Assembly: GCA_030390025.1 (NCBI GenBank)
Contig: CM059425.1
Coordinates: forward strand, 169,944,001-170,008,000
Direction: 5' to 3'
DNA: 64,000 bases
DNA from: Squalus acanthias
Taxonomy: Eukaryota
Shown here: one piece after another, positions 35,997-50,564 of the stretch
Position numbering within the stretch: the stretch's first letter is position 1
How the letters are laid out: every line of letters begins with the position of its first letter
Program-made: the position numbers and the translations under genes
Notes under the pieces: generated by a model
What the model was told of the DNA's origin: nothing
Database searches by the model: none
Seen by the model: only the letters and a program-made list of their open reading frames with translations

Positions 35997-36024
35997 AGCA
36001 GTGAGAGATTCTAATTTATAATAC
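35997..36024 (-). CDS. Candidate 28-nt host coding exon (..YYKLESLTA)
   Basis: Minus strand: ctctctatgttcttattttcaccttctctcttatag|GTATTATAAATTAGAATCTCTCACTGCT|gtaagt, in non-repetitive DNA. Confidence 0.5.
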
Positions 36025-37193
36025 CTATAAGAGAGAAGGTGAAAATAAGAACATAGAGAGAAGGCAGACAGGCAGTTTCTTTCCTCATTCTAATTTGATT
36101 TCTTACAAAAACAAATTGAATTGAAAAAAACAACAAGCAAAGCCTCTGAGAAAACTCAAAGGGAGCAAGGGAATGAACAATTGAGATAGGATGTGAATTC
36201 AGACGCTGAGGATGCCATTTTCCCCATAGCTTCCACTCCAAATGCAACCTGCAGTCATTAGTAACTCTGTTCCTTGTCACACAGCACCAGATCACAAACC
36301 ACCTTCGATTAAAACAAGAAAAGTAGAAAACGACAAAAATACTGCAACACAAAGGCATCAGAGAGAAGTAAGTGAGTGACCATAATCTCTGATTTATCAT
36401 ATGCAAATCCTTGGGAGTTCGACTAGTATATATAATAATTTATCACCATATTAGAGTGATACTACACTGTAAATCAAATTCTGAATGTTGTTTTCCAGTT
36501 CCACAAAGTTCTTAGAAAATCAGCAAATGAAGAATCAAACACAGAAAGTACATGTAACTTATCGAGCATTGGAAAAAAACTCTGCTTTCTCTTTTCTAAT
36601 TTGCAAGGAACAATTTACAACACAATTTATTTTGACACTTTCCATTTAAGTTATTGACTACTTTGGTCATTTCTATTTGAATATTTGATAATTGATTGTA
36701 TTGATCAAAAGGATCCCTGTTCGCATATGCACGAAGACAAGCAAGTAAACAAATAAACCAAACAGTATTGTATAAAAATGTGATGAAGCTGCATCTGTTT
36801 TATGTAAAACAGAGACCAAAGCATTCAATATGACGGGGGGCGAGCATGCGCTGAACCCAATATTGGTATAGGTATTAAAAGAGGTTACCAGGGCCTTGCA
36901 TGAAACAGATGTTAGGCCTTTGGGTATGCAAATAAGGGACCCAATGCCAGATTGATGCCCCTTTTACCAAATCAGTTTGCCTTGAATGCAGCTGGCACCA
37001 GGCTGACTGTGTTCAGGAAAACCAGTTCTACATGTAGCCTAACCAGTGGTCCTAAAGGGAACCACTGCAGGCCGCCACCAAATAAGTATGTTAGAAAAAA
37101 ATACCTAACTGTCTGTGGAGGCGGGAGGAGTCGGAGTGCTCCACAGTAAATCCACATCCTGCAGCCGGCAACCGCTCGCCACCACCCCCGCTT

Positions 37194-40100
37194 GATCGCT
37201 ACCTCGACCCCTTCCAGATCGCTACTGCGACACCGACTGATCACTAGCTCGACCCTCCCAATTGCTACCTTGACCCCTTCCAGATCGTTACTGCGACCCC
37301 TCCCGATCGCTACCTCGACACTCCCGATCACAACCTCAACCCTCCCGATCACAACCTCGACCCTCCCGATCACAACCTCGACCCTCCCGATCGCTACCTC
37401 GATCCTCCCGATCGCTACCTCGACCCTCCCGATCGCTACCTCGACACTCCCGATCACAACCTCGATCCTCCCGAACGCTACATCGAACCATCCGGATCAC
37501 TACCTCGACCCTCTCGATCACAACCTCGACCCTCCCGATGACAACCTCGACCCCCCCGATCACAACCTCGAACCCTCCCGATCGCTACCTCGAACCTCCC
37601 GATCGCTACCTCGACCCTCCCGATCGCTACCTCGACCCTCCCGATCGCTACATCGAACCATCCGGATCGCTACCTCGACCCTCTCGATCACAACCTCGAC
37701 CCTCCCGATGACAACCTCGACCCCCCCGATCACAACCTCGACCCTCCCGATCGCTACCTCGACCCTCCCAATCACAACCTCGACCCTCCCGATCGCTACC
37801 TCGACCCCTCCCGATCGCAACCTCGACCCTCCCGATCGCTACCTCGACCCTCCCGATCTCAACCTCGACCCTCCCGATCGCTACCTCGACCCTCCCGATC
37901 GCAACCTCGACCCTCCCGATCGCTATCTCGACCCTCCCGATCGCTACCTCGACCCTCCCGATCGCTACCTCGACCCCCCCGATCGCAACATCGACCCTCC
38001 CGATCACAACCTCGACCCACCCGATCGCTACCTCGACCCTCCAGTTCGCAACCTCGACCCTCCCGATCGCAAACTCGACCCTCCCGATCGCTACCTCGAC
38101 CCCTCCCGATCGTTACCTCGACCCTCCCGATCGCAACCTCGACCCTCTCTCGATCGCTACCTTGACCCTCCCGATCGCTACCTCGACCCTCTCTCGATCG
38201 CTACCTCGACCCTCTCTCGATCGCTACCTCGACCCTCCCGATCGCTACCTCGACCCTCCCGATCGCTACCTCGACCCTCCCGATCGCTACCTCGACCCTC
38301 CCGATCGCTACCTCGACCCCTCCCGATCGCAACCTCGAACCCTCCCGATCGCAACTCGACCCTCCCGATCGCTACCTCGAACCCTCCCGATCGCAACCTC
38401 GACCCTCCTGATCGCTACCTCGACCCTCCCGATCGCTACCTCGACCCCCCCCGATCGCTACCTCGACCCTCTCTCGATCGCTACCTCGACCCTCTCTCGA
38501 TCGCTACCTCGACCCCCCCCGATCGCTACCTCGACCCTCCCGATCGCTACCTCGACCCCTCCCGATCGCGACCTCGACCCTCCCGATCACAACCTCGACC
38601 CTCCCGATCACAAAATCGACCCTCCCGATCACAACCTCGACCCCTCCCGACCACAACCTCGACCCTCCCGATCACAACCTCGACCCTCCCGATCACTACC
38701 TCGACACTCCCGATCGCTACCTCGACCCTCCCGATCACAACCTCGACCCTCCCGATCGCTTCCTCGAACCCTCCCGATCGCAACCTCGACCCTCCCGATC
38801 GCAACCTCGACCCTCCCGATCGCTACCTCGACCCCTCCCGATCGCTACCTCGACCCTCCCGATCGCAACCTCGACCCCCCCGATCGCTACCTCGACCCCT
38901 CCCGATCGCAACCTCGACCCTCCCGATCGCTACCTTGACCCACCCGATCGCTACCTCGACCCTCCCGATCGCTACCTCGACACTCCCGATCACAACCTCG
39001 ATCCTCCCGAACGCTACATCGAACCATCCGGATCACTACCTCGACCCTCTCGATCACAACCTCGACCCTCCCGATGACAACCTCGACCCCCCCGATCACA
39101 ACCTCGAACCCTCCCGATCGCTACCTCGAACCTCCCGATCGCTACCTCGACCCTCCCGATCGCTACCTCGACCCTCCCGATCACTACATCGAACCATCCG
39201 GATCGCTACCTCGACCCTCTCGATCACAACCTCGACCCTCCCGATGACAACCTCGACCCCCCCGATCACAACCTCGACCCTCCCGATCGCTACCTCGACC
39301 CTCCCAATCACAACCTCGACCCTCCCGATCGCTACCTCGACCCCTCCCGATCGCAACCTCGACCCTCCCGATCGCTACCTCGACCCTCCCGATCTCAACC
39401 TCGACCCTCCCGATCGCTACCTCGACCCTCCCGATCGCAACCTCGACCCTCCCGATCGCTATCTCGACCCTCCCGATCGCTACCTCGACCCTCCCGATCG
39501 CTACCTCGACCCCCCCGATCGCAACATCGACCCTCCCGATCACAACCTCGACCCACCCGATCGCTACCTCGACCCTCCAGTTCGCAACCTCGACCCTCCC
39601 GATCGCAAACTCGACCCTCCCGATCGCTACCTCGACCCCTCCCGATCGTTACCTCGACCCTCCCGATCGCAACCTCGACCCTCTCTCGATCGCTACCTTG
39701 ACCCTCCCGATCGCTACCTCGACCCTCTCTCGATCGCTACCTCGACCCTCTCTCGATCGCTACCTCGACCCTCCCGATCGCTACCTCGACCCTCCCGATC
39801 GCTACCTCGACCCTCCCGATCGCTACCTCGACCCTCCCGATCGCTACCTCGACCCCTCCCGATCGCAACCTCGAACCCTCCCGATCGCAACTCGACCCTC
39901 CCGATCGCTACCTCGAACCCTCCCGATCGCAACCTCGACCCTCCCGATCGCTACCTCGACCCTCCCGATCGCTACCTCGACCCCCCCCGATCGCTACCTC
40001 GACCCTCTCTCGATCGCTACCTCGACCCTCTCTCGATCGCTACCTCGACCCCCCCCGATCGCTACCTCGACCCTCCCGATCGCTACCTCGACCCCTCCCG

Positions 40101-43100
40101 ATCGCGACCTCGACCATCCCGATCGCTACCTCGACCCCTCCCGATCGCTACCTCGAACCCTCCCGATCGTAACCTCGACCCTCCCGATCGCTTCCTCGAA
40201 CCCTCCCGATCGCAACCTCGACCCTCCCGATTGCAACCTCGACCCTCCCGATCGCTACCTCGACCCTCCCCGATCGCAAACTCGACCTTCCCGATCGCAA
40301 CCTCGACCCTCCCGATCGCAACCTCGACCCTCCCGATCACAAAATCGACCCTCCCGATCACAACCTCGACCCCTCCCGACCACAACCTCGACCCTCCCGA
40401 TCACAACCTCGACCCTCCCGATCACTACCTCGACCTTCCCGATCGCAACCTCGACCCTCCCGATCTCAACCTCGACCCTCCCGATCACAAAATCGACCCT
40501 CCCGATCACAACCTCGACCCCTCCCGACCACAACCTCGACCCTCCCGATCACAACCTCGACCCTCCCGATCACTACCTCGACACTCCCGATCGCTACCTC
40601 GACCCTCCCGATCGCAACCTCGACCCTCCCGATCGCTTCCTCGAACCCTCCCGATCGCAACCTCGACCCTCCCGATCGCAACCTCGACCCTCCCGATCGC
40701 TACCTCGACCCCTCCCGATCGCTACCTCGACCCTCCCGATCGCAACCTCGACCCCCCGATCGCTACCTCGACCCCTCCCGATCGCAACCTCGACCCTCCC
40801 GATCGCTACCTCGACCCACCCGATCGCTACCTCGACCCTCCCGATCGCTACCTCGACCCTCCCGATCGCTAACTCGACCCTCCCGATCGCTACCTCGACC
40901 CACCCGATCGCTACCTCGACCCTCCCGATCGCTACCTCGAACCCTCCCGATCGCTACCTCGACCCTCCCGATCGCTACCTCGACCCTCCCGATCGCTACC
41001 TCGACCCCTCCCGATCGCAACCTCGACCCTCCCGATCGCTACCTCGACCCCCGCGATCGCTACCTCGAACCCTCCCGATCACAACCTCGACTCTCCCGAT
41101 CGCTACCTCGACCCTCCCGATCGTTACCTCGACCCTCCCGATCGCTACCTCGACCCCTCCCGATCACAACCTCGACCCTCCCGATCGCTACCTCGACCCC
41201 CGCGATCGCTACCTCGAACCCTCCCGATCGCAACCTCGACCCACCCGATCGCTACCTCGACCCCCCCGATCGCTACCTCGAACCCTCCCGATCGCTACCT
41301 CGACACTCCCGATCGCAACCTCGACCCTCCCGATCGCTACCTCGACCCTCCCGATCGCTACCTCGACCCTCGCGATCGCTTCCTCGACCCCTCCCGATCG
41401 CTACCTCGACCCTCCCGATCACAACCTCGACCCTCCCGATCGCTACCTCGACCCTCCCGATCGCTACCACGACCCTCGCGATCGCTACCTCGACCCTCCC
41501 GATCGCTACCTCGACCCTCCCGATCGCAACCTCGACCCTCCCGATCGCTACCTCGACCCTCCCGATCGCAACCTCGACCCTCCCGATCGCAACCTCGACC
41601 CCCCCGATCGCAACCTCGACCCTCTCTCAATCGCTACCTCGACCCCTCCCGATCGCTACCTCGACCCTCCCGATCGCTACCTCGACCACCCCGATCGCTA
41701 CCTCGACCCTCCCGATCGCTACCTCGACCCCTCCCGATCGCTACCTCGAACCTCCCGATCGCTACCTCGACCACCCCGATCGCTACCTCGACCCCCCCGA
41801 TCACTTACTCGACCCTCCCGATCGCTACCTCGACCCACACGATCACTACCTCGACCCTCCCGATCGCAACCTCGAACTCTCCCGATCGCAACCTCGACCC
41901 TCCCGATCGCAACCTCGACCCTCCCGATCGCTTCCTCGACCCCCCCGATCGCTTCCTCGACCCTCTCCCGATCGCTAGCTCGACCCTCTCCCGATCGCTA
42001 CCTCGACCCTCCCGATCACAACCTCGACCCTCCCGATCACAAAATCGACCCTCCCGATCACAACCTCGACCCCTCCCGACCACAACCTCGACCCTCCCGA
42101 TCACAACCTCGACCCTCCCGATCACTACCTCGACACTCCCGATCGCTACCTCGACCCTCCCGATCACAACCTCGACCCTCCCGATCGCTTCCTCGAACCC
42201 TCCCGATCGCAACCTCGACCCTCCCGATCGCAACCTCGACCCTCCCGATCGCTACCTCGACCCCTCCCGATCGCTACCTCGACCCTCCCGATCGCAACCT
42301 CGACCCCCCCGATCGCTACCTCGACCCCTCCCGATCGCAACCTCGACCCTCCCGATCGCTACCTCGACCCACCCGATCGCTACCTCGACCCTCCCGATCG
42401 CTACCTCGACACTCCCGATCACAACCTCGATCCTCCCGAACGCTACATCGAACCATCCGGATCACTACCTCGACCCTCTCGATCACAACCTCGACCCTCC
42501 CGATGACAACCTCGACCCCCCCGATCACAACCTCGAACCCTCCCGATCGCTACCTCGAACCTCCCGATCGCTACCTCGACCCTCCCGATCGCTACCTCGA
42601 CCCTCCCGATCACTACATCGAACCATCCGGATCGCTACCTCGACCCTCTCGATCACAACCTCGACCCTCCCGATGACAACCTCGACCCCCCCGATCACAA
42701 CCTCGACCCTCCCGATCGCTACCTCGACCCTCCCAATCACAACCTCGACCCTCCCGATCGCTACCTCGACCCCTCCCGATCGCAACCTCGACCCTCCCGA
42801 TCGCTACCTCGACCCTCCCGATCTCAACCTCGACCCTCCCGATCGCTACCTCGACCCTCCCGATCGCAACCTCGACCCTCCCGATCGCTATCTCGACCCT
42901 CCCGATCGCTACCTCGACCCTCCCGATCGCTACCTCGACCCCCCCGATCGCAACATCGACCCTCCCGATCACAACCTCGACCCACCCGATCGCTACCTCG
43001 ACCCTCCAGTTCGCAAACTCGACCCTCCCGATCGCAAACTCGACCCTCCCGATCGCTACCTCGACCCCTCCCGATCGTTACCTCGACCCTCCCGATCGCA

Positions 43101-46100
43101 ACCTCGACCCTCTCTCGATCGCTACCTTGACCCTCCCGATCGCTACCTCGACCCTCTCTCGATCGCTACCTCGACCCTCTCTCGATCGCTACCTCGACCC
43201 TCCCGATCGCTACCTCGACCCTCCCGATCGCTACCTCGACCCTCCCGATCGCTACCTCGACCCTCCCGATCGCTACCTCGACCACTCCCGCTCGCAACCT
43301 CGAACCCTCCCGATCGCAACTCGACCCTCCCGATCGCTACCTCGAACCCTCCCGATCGCAACCTCGACCCTCCCGATCGCTACCTCGACCCTCCCGATCG
43401 CTACCTCGACCCCCCCCGATCGCTACCTCGACCCTCTCTCGATCGCTACCTCGACCCTCTCTCGATCGCTACCTCGACCCCCCCCGATCGCTACCTCGAC
43501 CCTCCCGATCGCTACCTCGACCCCTCCCGATCGCGACCTCGACCATCCCGATCGCTACCTCGACCCCTCCCGATCGCTACCTCGAACCCTCCCGATCGTA
43601 ACCTCGACCCTCCCGATCGCTTCCTCGAACCCTCCCGATCGCAACCTCGACCCTCCCGATTGCAACCTCGACCCTCCCGATCGCTACCTCGACCCTCCCC
43701 GATCGCAAACTCGACCTTCCCGATCGCAACCTCGACCCTCCCGATCGCAACCTCGACCCTCCCGATCACAAAATCGACCCTCCCGATCACAACCTCGACC
43801 CCTCCCGACCACCACCTCGACCCTCCCGATCACAACCTCGACCCTCCCGATCACTACCTCGACCTTCCCGATCGCAACCTCGACCCTCCCGATCTCAACC
43901 TCGACCCTCCCGATCACAAAATCGACCCTCCCGATCACAACCTCGACCCCTCCCGACCACAACCTCGACCCTCCCGATCACAACCTCGACCCTCCCGATC
44001 ACTACCTCGACACTCCCGATCGCTACCTCGACCCTCCCGATCGCAACCTCGACCCTACCGATCGCTTCCTCGAACCCCTCCCGATCGCAACCTCGACCCT
44101 CCCGATCGCAACCTCGACCCTCCCGATCGCTACCTCGACCCCTCCCGATCGCTACCTCGACCCTCCCGATCGCAACCTCGACCCCCCCGATCGCTACCTC
44201 GACCCCTCCCGATCGCAACCTCGACCCTCCCGATCGCTACCTCGACCCACCCGATCGCTACCTCGACCCTCCCGATCGCTACCTCGACCCTCCCGATCGC
44301 TAACTCGACCCTCCCGATCGCTACCTCGACCCACCCGATCGCTACCTCGACCCTCCCGATCGCTACCTCGAACCCTCCCGATCGCTACCTCGACCCTCCC
44401 GATCGCTACCTCGACCCTCCCGATCGCTACCTCGACCCCTCCCGATCGCAACCTCGACCCTCCTGATCGCTACCTCGACCCCCGCGATCGCTACCTCGAA
44501 CCCTCCCGATCACAACCTCGACTCTCCCGATCGCTACCTCGACCCTCCCGATCGTTACCTCGACCCTCCCGATCGCTACCTCGACCCCTCCCGATCACAA
44601 CCTCGACCCTCCCGATCGCTACCTCGACCCCCGCGATCGCTACCTCGAACCCTCCCGATCGCAACCTCGACCCACCCGATCGCTACCTCGACCCCCCCGA
44701 TCGCTACCTCGAACCCTCCCGATCGCTACCTCGACACTCCCGATCGCAACCTCGACCCTCCCGATCGCTACCTCGACCCTCCCGATCGCTACCTCGACCC
44801 TCGCGATCGCTTCCTCGACCCCTCCCGATCGCTACCTCGACCCTCCCGATCACAACCTCGACCCTCCCGATCGCTACCTCGACCCTCCCGATCGCTACCA
44901 CGACCCTCGCGATCGCTACCTCGACCCTCCCGATCGCTACCTCGACCCTCCCGATCGCAACCTCGACCCTCCCGATCGCTACCTCGACCCTCCCGATCGC
45001 AACCTCGACCCTCCCGATCGCAACCTCGACCCCCCCGATCGCAACCTCGACCCTCTCTCAATCGCTACCTCGACCCCTCCCGATCGCTACCTCGACCCTC
45101 CCGATCGCTACCTCGACCACCCCGATCGCTACCTCGACCCTCCCGATCGCTACCTCGACCCCTCCCGATCGCTACCTCGAACCTCCCGATCGCTACCTCG
45201 ACCACCCCGATCGCTACCTCGACCCCCCCGATCACTTACTCGACCCTCCCGATCGCTACCTCGACCCACACGATCACTACCTCGACCCTCCCGATCGCAA
45301 CCTCGAACTCTCCCGATCGCAACCTCGACCCTCCCGATCGCAACCTCGACCCTCCCGATCGCTTCCTCGACCCCCCCGATCGCTTCCTCGACCCTCTCCC
45401 GATCGCTAGCTCGACCCTCTCCCGATCGCTACCTCGACCCTCCCGATCACAACCTCGAACCCTCCCGATCGCTACCTCGACCCTCTCGATCGCTACCTCG
45501 ACCCTCCCGATCGCTACCTCGACCCCCCCCGATCGCTACCTCGACCCTCTCTCGATCGCTACCTCGACCCTCTCTCGATCGCTACCTCGAACTCTCCCGA
45601 TCACAACCTCGAACTCTCCCGATCACAACCTCGAACCTCCCGATCACAACCTCGACCCTCTCTCGATCGCTACCTCGACCCTCTCTCGATCGCTACCTCG
45701 AACTCTCCCGATCACAACCTCGACCATCGCGATCACAACCTCGACCCTCCCGATCACAACCTCGACCATCCCGATCGCTACCTCGACCCCTCCCGATCGC
45801 AACCTCGACCCTCCCGATCACAACCTCGACCCTCCCGATCACAACCTCGACCCTCCCGATCGCTACCTCGACCCTCCCGATCGCTACCTCGACCCTCCCG
45901 ATCGCTTCCTCGACCCTCCCGATCGCTACCTCGACCCTCCCGATCGCTACCTCGAACCCTCCCGATCGCGACCTCGACCCTCTCGATCACTACCTCGACC
46001 CTTCCGATCACAACCTCGACCCTCCCGATCGCTACCTCGACCCCTCCCGATCGCTACCTCGACCCTTCCGATCGCTACCTCGACCCTCCCGATCGCTACC

Positions 46101-49100
46101 TCGACCCTCCCGATCGTTACCTCGACCCTCCCGATCGCAACCTCGACCCTCCCGATCGCTACCTCGACCCTCCAGATCGCTACCACGACCCCCCCGATCG
46201 CTACCTCGACCCTCCCAATCGCAACCTCGACCCTCTCTCGATCGCTAACTCGACCCCTCCCGATCGCTACCTCGACCCTCCCGATCGCTACCTCGACCCT
46301 CCCGATCGCTACCTCGACCCTCCCGATCGCAACCTCGACCCTCCCGATCGCTACCTCGACCCTCCCGATCGCAACCTCGACCCTCCCGATCGCTACCTCG
46401 ACCCTCCCGATCTCTACCTCGACCCGCCGATCGCTACCTCGACACCCCGATCGCTACCTCGACCCCTCCCGATCGCTACCTCGACCATCCCGATCGCTAC
46501 CTCGACCCTCCCGATCGCTACCTCGACCCTCTCTCGATCGCTACCTCGACCCCTCCCGATCGCTACCTCGACCCTCTCTCGATCGCTACCTCGACCCTCT
46601 CTCGATCGCTGCCTCGACCCTCTCTCGATCGCTACCTCGACCCCTCCCGATCGCTACCTCGACCCCCCCCCGATCGCTACCTCGACCCTCTCTCGATCGC
46701 TACCTCGACCCATCCCGATCGCAACCTCGAACTCTCCCGATCGCAACCTCGAAGTCTCCCAATCGCTACCTTGAACTCTCCCGATCGCAACCTCGACCCC
46801 TCCCGATCGCAACCTCGAACTCTCCCGATCGCTACCTCGACCCCTCCCGATCGCTACCTCGAACCCCTCCCGATCGCAACCTCGAACTCTCCCGATCGAA
46901 ATCTCGACCCCACCCGATCGATACCTCGACCCCTCCCGATCGCTACCTCGACCCTCCTGATCGCAACCTCGACCCTCCCGATCGCTACCTCGACCCTCCC
47001 GATCGCTACCTCGACACACCCGATCGCTACCTCGACCATCCCGATCGCTACCTCGAACCTCTCTCGATCGCTACCTCGACCCTCCCGATCGCTACCTCGA
47101 CCCACCCGATCGCTACCTCGACCCACCCGATCGCTCCCTCGACCCCTCCCGATCGCTACCTCGACCCTCCCGGTCGCTACCTCAACCCTCCCGATCGCTA
47201 CCTCGACCCACCCGATCGCTCCCTCGACCCCTCCCGATCGCTACCTCGACCCTCCCGATCGCTTCCTCGACCCCTCCCGATCGCGACCTCGACCCCTCCC
47301 GATCGCTACCTCGACCCCTCCCGATCGCTACCTCGACCCCTCCCGATCGCTACCTCGACCCTCCCGATCGCTACCTCGAACTCTCCCGATCGCTACCTCG
47401 ACCCCTCCCGATCGCTACCTCGACCCCTCCCGATCGCTACCTCGACCCCTCCCGATCGCAACCTCGACCCTCCCGATCGCTACATCGAACCCTCCCGATC
47501 GCTACCTCGGCCCCTCCGGATCGCTACCTCGACCCCTCCCGATCGCAACCTCGACCCTCCCGATCGCTACCTCGACCCTCCCGATCGCTACCTCGACCCC
47601 TCCCGATCACAACCTCGACCCTCCCGATCGCTACCTCGAACCCTGCCGATCGCTACCTCGACCCTCCCGATCGCTACCTCGACCCTCCCGATCGCTACCT
47701 CGACCCTCCCGATCGCAACCTCGACCCCTCCCGATCGCAACCTCGACCCTCCCGATCCCAACCTCGACCCTCCCGATCGCAACCTCGATCCCTACCGATC
47801 GCTACCTCGACCCTCCCGATCGCTACCTCGACACTCCCGATCGCTACCTCCACCCCTCCCGATCGCTACCTCGAACCCTCCCGATCGCTACCTCGACCCC
47901 CCCGATCGCTACCTCGACCCTCCCGATCTCAACCTCGAACCTCCCGATCGCTTCCTCGACACTCCCGATCGCTAACTCGACCCTCCCGATCGCAACCTCG
48001 ACCCTCCCGATCGCTACCACGACCCTCCCGATCGCTACCTCGACCCCTCCCGAACGCAACCTCGACCCTCCAGATCGCTACCTCGACCCCTCCCGATCGC
48101 TACCTCGACCCTCTCTCGATCGCTACCTCGACCCCTCCCGATCGCTACCTCGACCCTCCCGATCGCTACCTCGACCCTCCCGATCACAACCTCGACCCCT
48201 CCCGATCGCTACCTCGACCCTCCCGATCACAACCTCGACCCCTCCCGATCGCTACCTCGACACTCCCGATCGTTACCTCGACCCCTCCCGATCACAACCT
48301 CGACCCCTCCCGATCGCTACCTCGACCCTCCCGATCGCTACCTCGACACTCCCGATCGTTACCTCGACCCTCCCGATCACAACCTCGACCCTCCCGATCA
48401 CAACCTCGAACCCTCCCGATCGCTACCTCGACCCTCCCGATCGTTACCTCGACCCTCCCGATCGCTACCTCGACCCCTCCCGATCACAACCTCGACCCTC
48501 CCGATCGCTACCTCGAGCCTCCCGATCACAACATCGACCCTCCCGATGGCTACCTCGAACCCTCCCGATCACAACCTCGACCCTCCCGATCGCTACCTCG
48601 AACCCTCCCGATCGCTACCTCGAACCTCCCGATCGCTACCTCGAACCCACCCGATCACTACCTCGACCCCCCCGATCGCTACCTCGACCCCCCTGATCGC
48701 TACCTCGACCCCCCCGATCGCTACCTCGACCCTCCCGATCGCTACCTCAACCCTCCCGATCGCTACCACGACCCTCCCGATCGCTACCTCGACACTCCCG
48801 ATCGCTACCTCGACCCTCCCGATCGCTACCTCGACCCTCCCGATCGCAACCTCGACTCCCCCGATCGCTACTCGACCCTCCCGATCGCAACCTCGACCCC
48901 CCCGATCGCAACCTCGACCCCTCCCGATCACAACCTCGACCCTCCCGATCGCTACCTCGACCCTCCCGATCGCTACCTCGAACTCTCCCTATCGCAACCT
49001 CGAATCCCCCGATCGCTACCTCGACCCTCCCGATCGCAACCTCGACCCTCCCGATCGCAACCTCGACCCTCCCGATCGCAACCTCGACCCCTCACGATCG

Positions 49101-50564
49101 CAACCTGGACCCTCCCGATCGCAACCTCGACCCACCCGATCGCTACCTCGACCCTCCCGATCGCTACCTCGACCCTCCCGATCGCAACCTCGAACCTCCC
49201 GATCGCAACCTCGACCCTCCCGATCGCTACCTCGACCCTCCCGATCGCTACCTCGACCCTCCCGATCGCTACCTCGACCCTCCCGATCGCAACCTCGACC
49301 CTCCCGATCGCTACCTCGACCCTCCCGATCGCTACCTCGACCCCCCCGATCGCTACCTCGATCCCTCCCGATCGCTACCTCGACCCCCCCGATCGCTACC
49401 TCGACCCTCCCGATCGCTTACTCGACCCTCTCCCGATCGCTAGCTCGACCCTCTCTCGATCGCTACCTCGACCCTCCCGATCACAACCTTGAACCCTCCC
49501 GATCGCTACCTCGACCCTCTCGATCGCTACCTCGACCCTCCCGATCGCTACCTCGACCCCCCCCGATCGCTACCTCGACCCTCTCTCGATCGCTACCTCG
49601 ACCCTCTCTCGATCGCTACCTCGAACTCTCCCGATCACAACCTCGAACTCTCCCGATCACAACCTCGACCCTCCCGATCACAACCTCGACCCTCTCTCGA
49701 TCGCTACCTCGACCCTCTCTCGATCGCAACCTCGAACTCTCCCGATCGCTTCCTCGACCCTCCCGATCGCTACCTCGACCCTCCCGATCGCTTCCTCGAC
49801 TCTCCCCGATCGCAACCTCGACCCTCTCTCGATCGCTAACTCGACCCCTCTCGATCGCTAACTCGACCCCTCCCGATCGTTTCCTCGACCCTCCAAATCG
49901 CTACCACGACCCCCCCGATCGCTACCTCGACCCTCCCGATCGCAACCTCGACCCTCTCTCGATCGCTAACTCGACCCCTCCCGATCGCTACCTCGACCCT
50001 CCCGATCGCTATCTCGACCCTCCCGATCGCTACCTCGACCCTCCCGATCTCTACCTCGACCCTCCCGATCGCAACCTCGACCCTCACGATCGCTACCTCG
50101 ACCCTCCCGATCGCTACCTCGACCCTCCCGATCACTACCTCGACCCCTCCCGATCACTACCTCGACCATCCCGATCGCTACCTCGACCCTCCCGATCGCT
50201 ACCTCGACCCTACTGATCACTACCTCGACCCTCCCGATCGCTACCTCGACCCTCCCGATCACTACCTCGACCCTCCTGATCGCTACCACGACCCTCCGGA
50301 TCGCTACCACGACCCTCCCGATCGCAACCTCAAACTCTCTCGATCGCTACCTCGACCCTCCCGATCGCTACCTCGAACTCTCCCGATCGCTACCTCGACC
50401 CTCCCGATCGCAACCTCGATCCTCCCGATCGTTACCTCGAACTCTCCCGATCGCTACCTCGACCCTCCCGATCGCAACCTCGACCCTCCCGATCGCAACC
50501 TCGACCCTCCCGATCCCAACCTCGACCCTCCCGATCGCAACCTCGATCCCTACCGATCGCTACC
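37194..50564. repeat. 21-bp satellite, consensus CCTCGACCCTCCCGATCGCTA, >=13.4 kb
   Basis: Roughly 630 tandem 20-23-bp units; degenerate left edge; runs into the gap. Confidence 0.98.

Noticed and set aside
37192..50216. Very long ORFs (up to 1226 aa; PDRYLDP/PIATSTL/SRSLPRP repeats)
   Set aside because: The 21-bp unit has no stop in any plus-strand frame and frames switch freely at indels. These are artefacts of the satellite, not a mucin-like gene.
37194..50564. CRISPR-like array
   Set aside because: Units are directly tandem with no unique spacers, there are no cas genes, and the context is eukaryotic.
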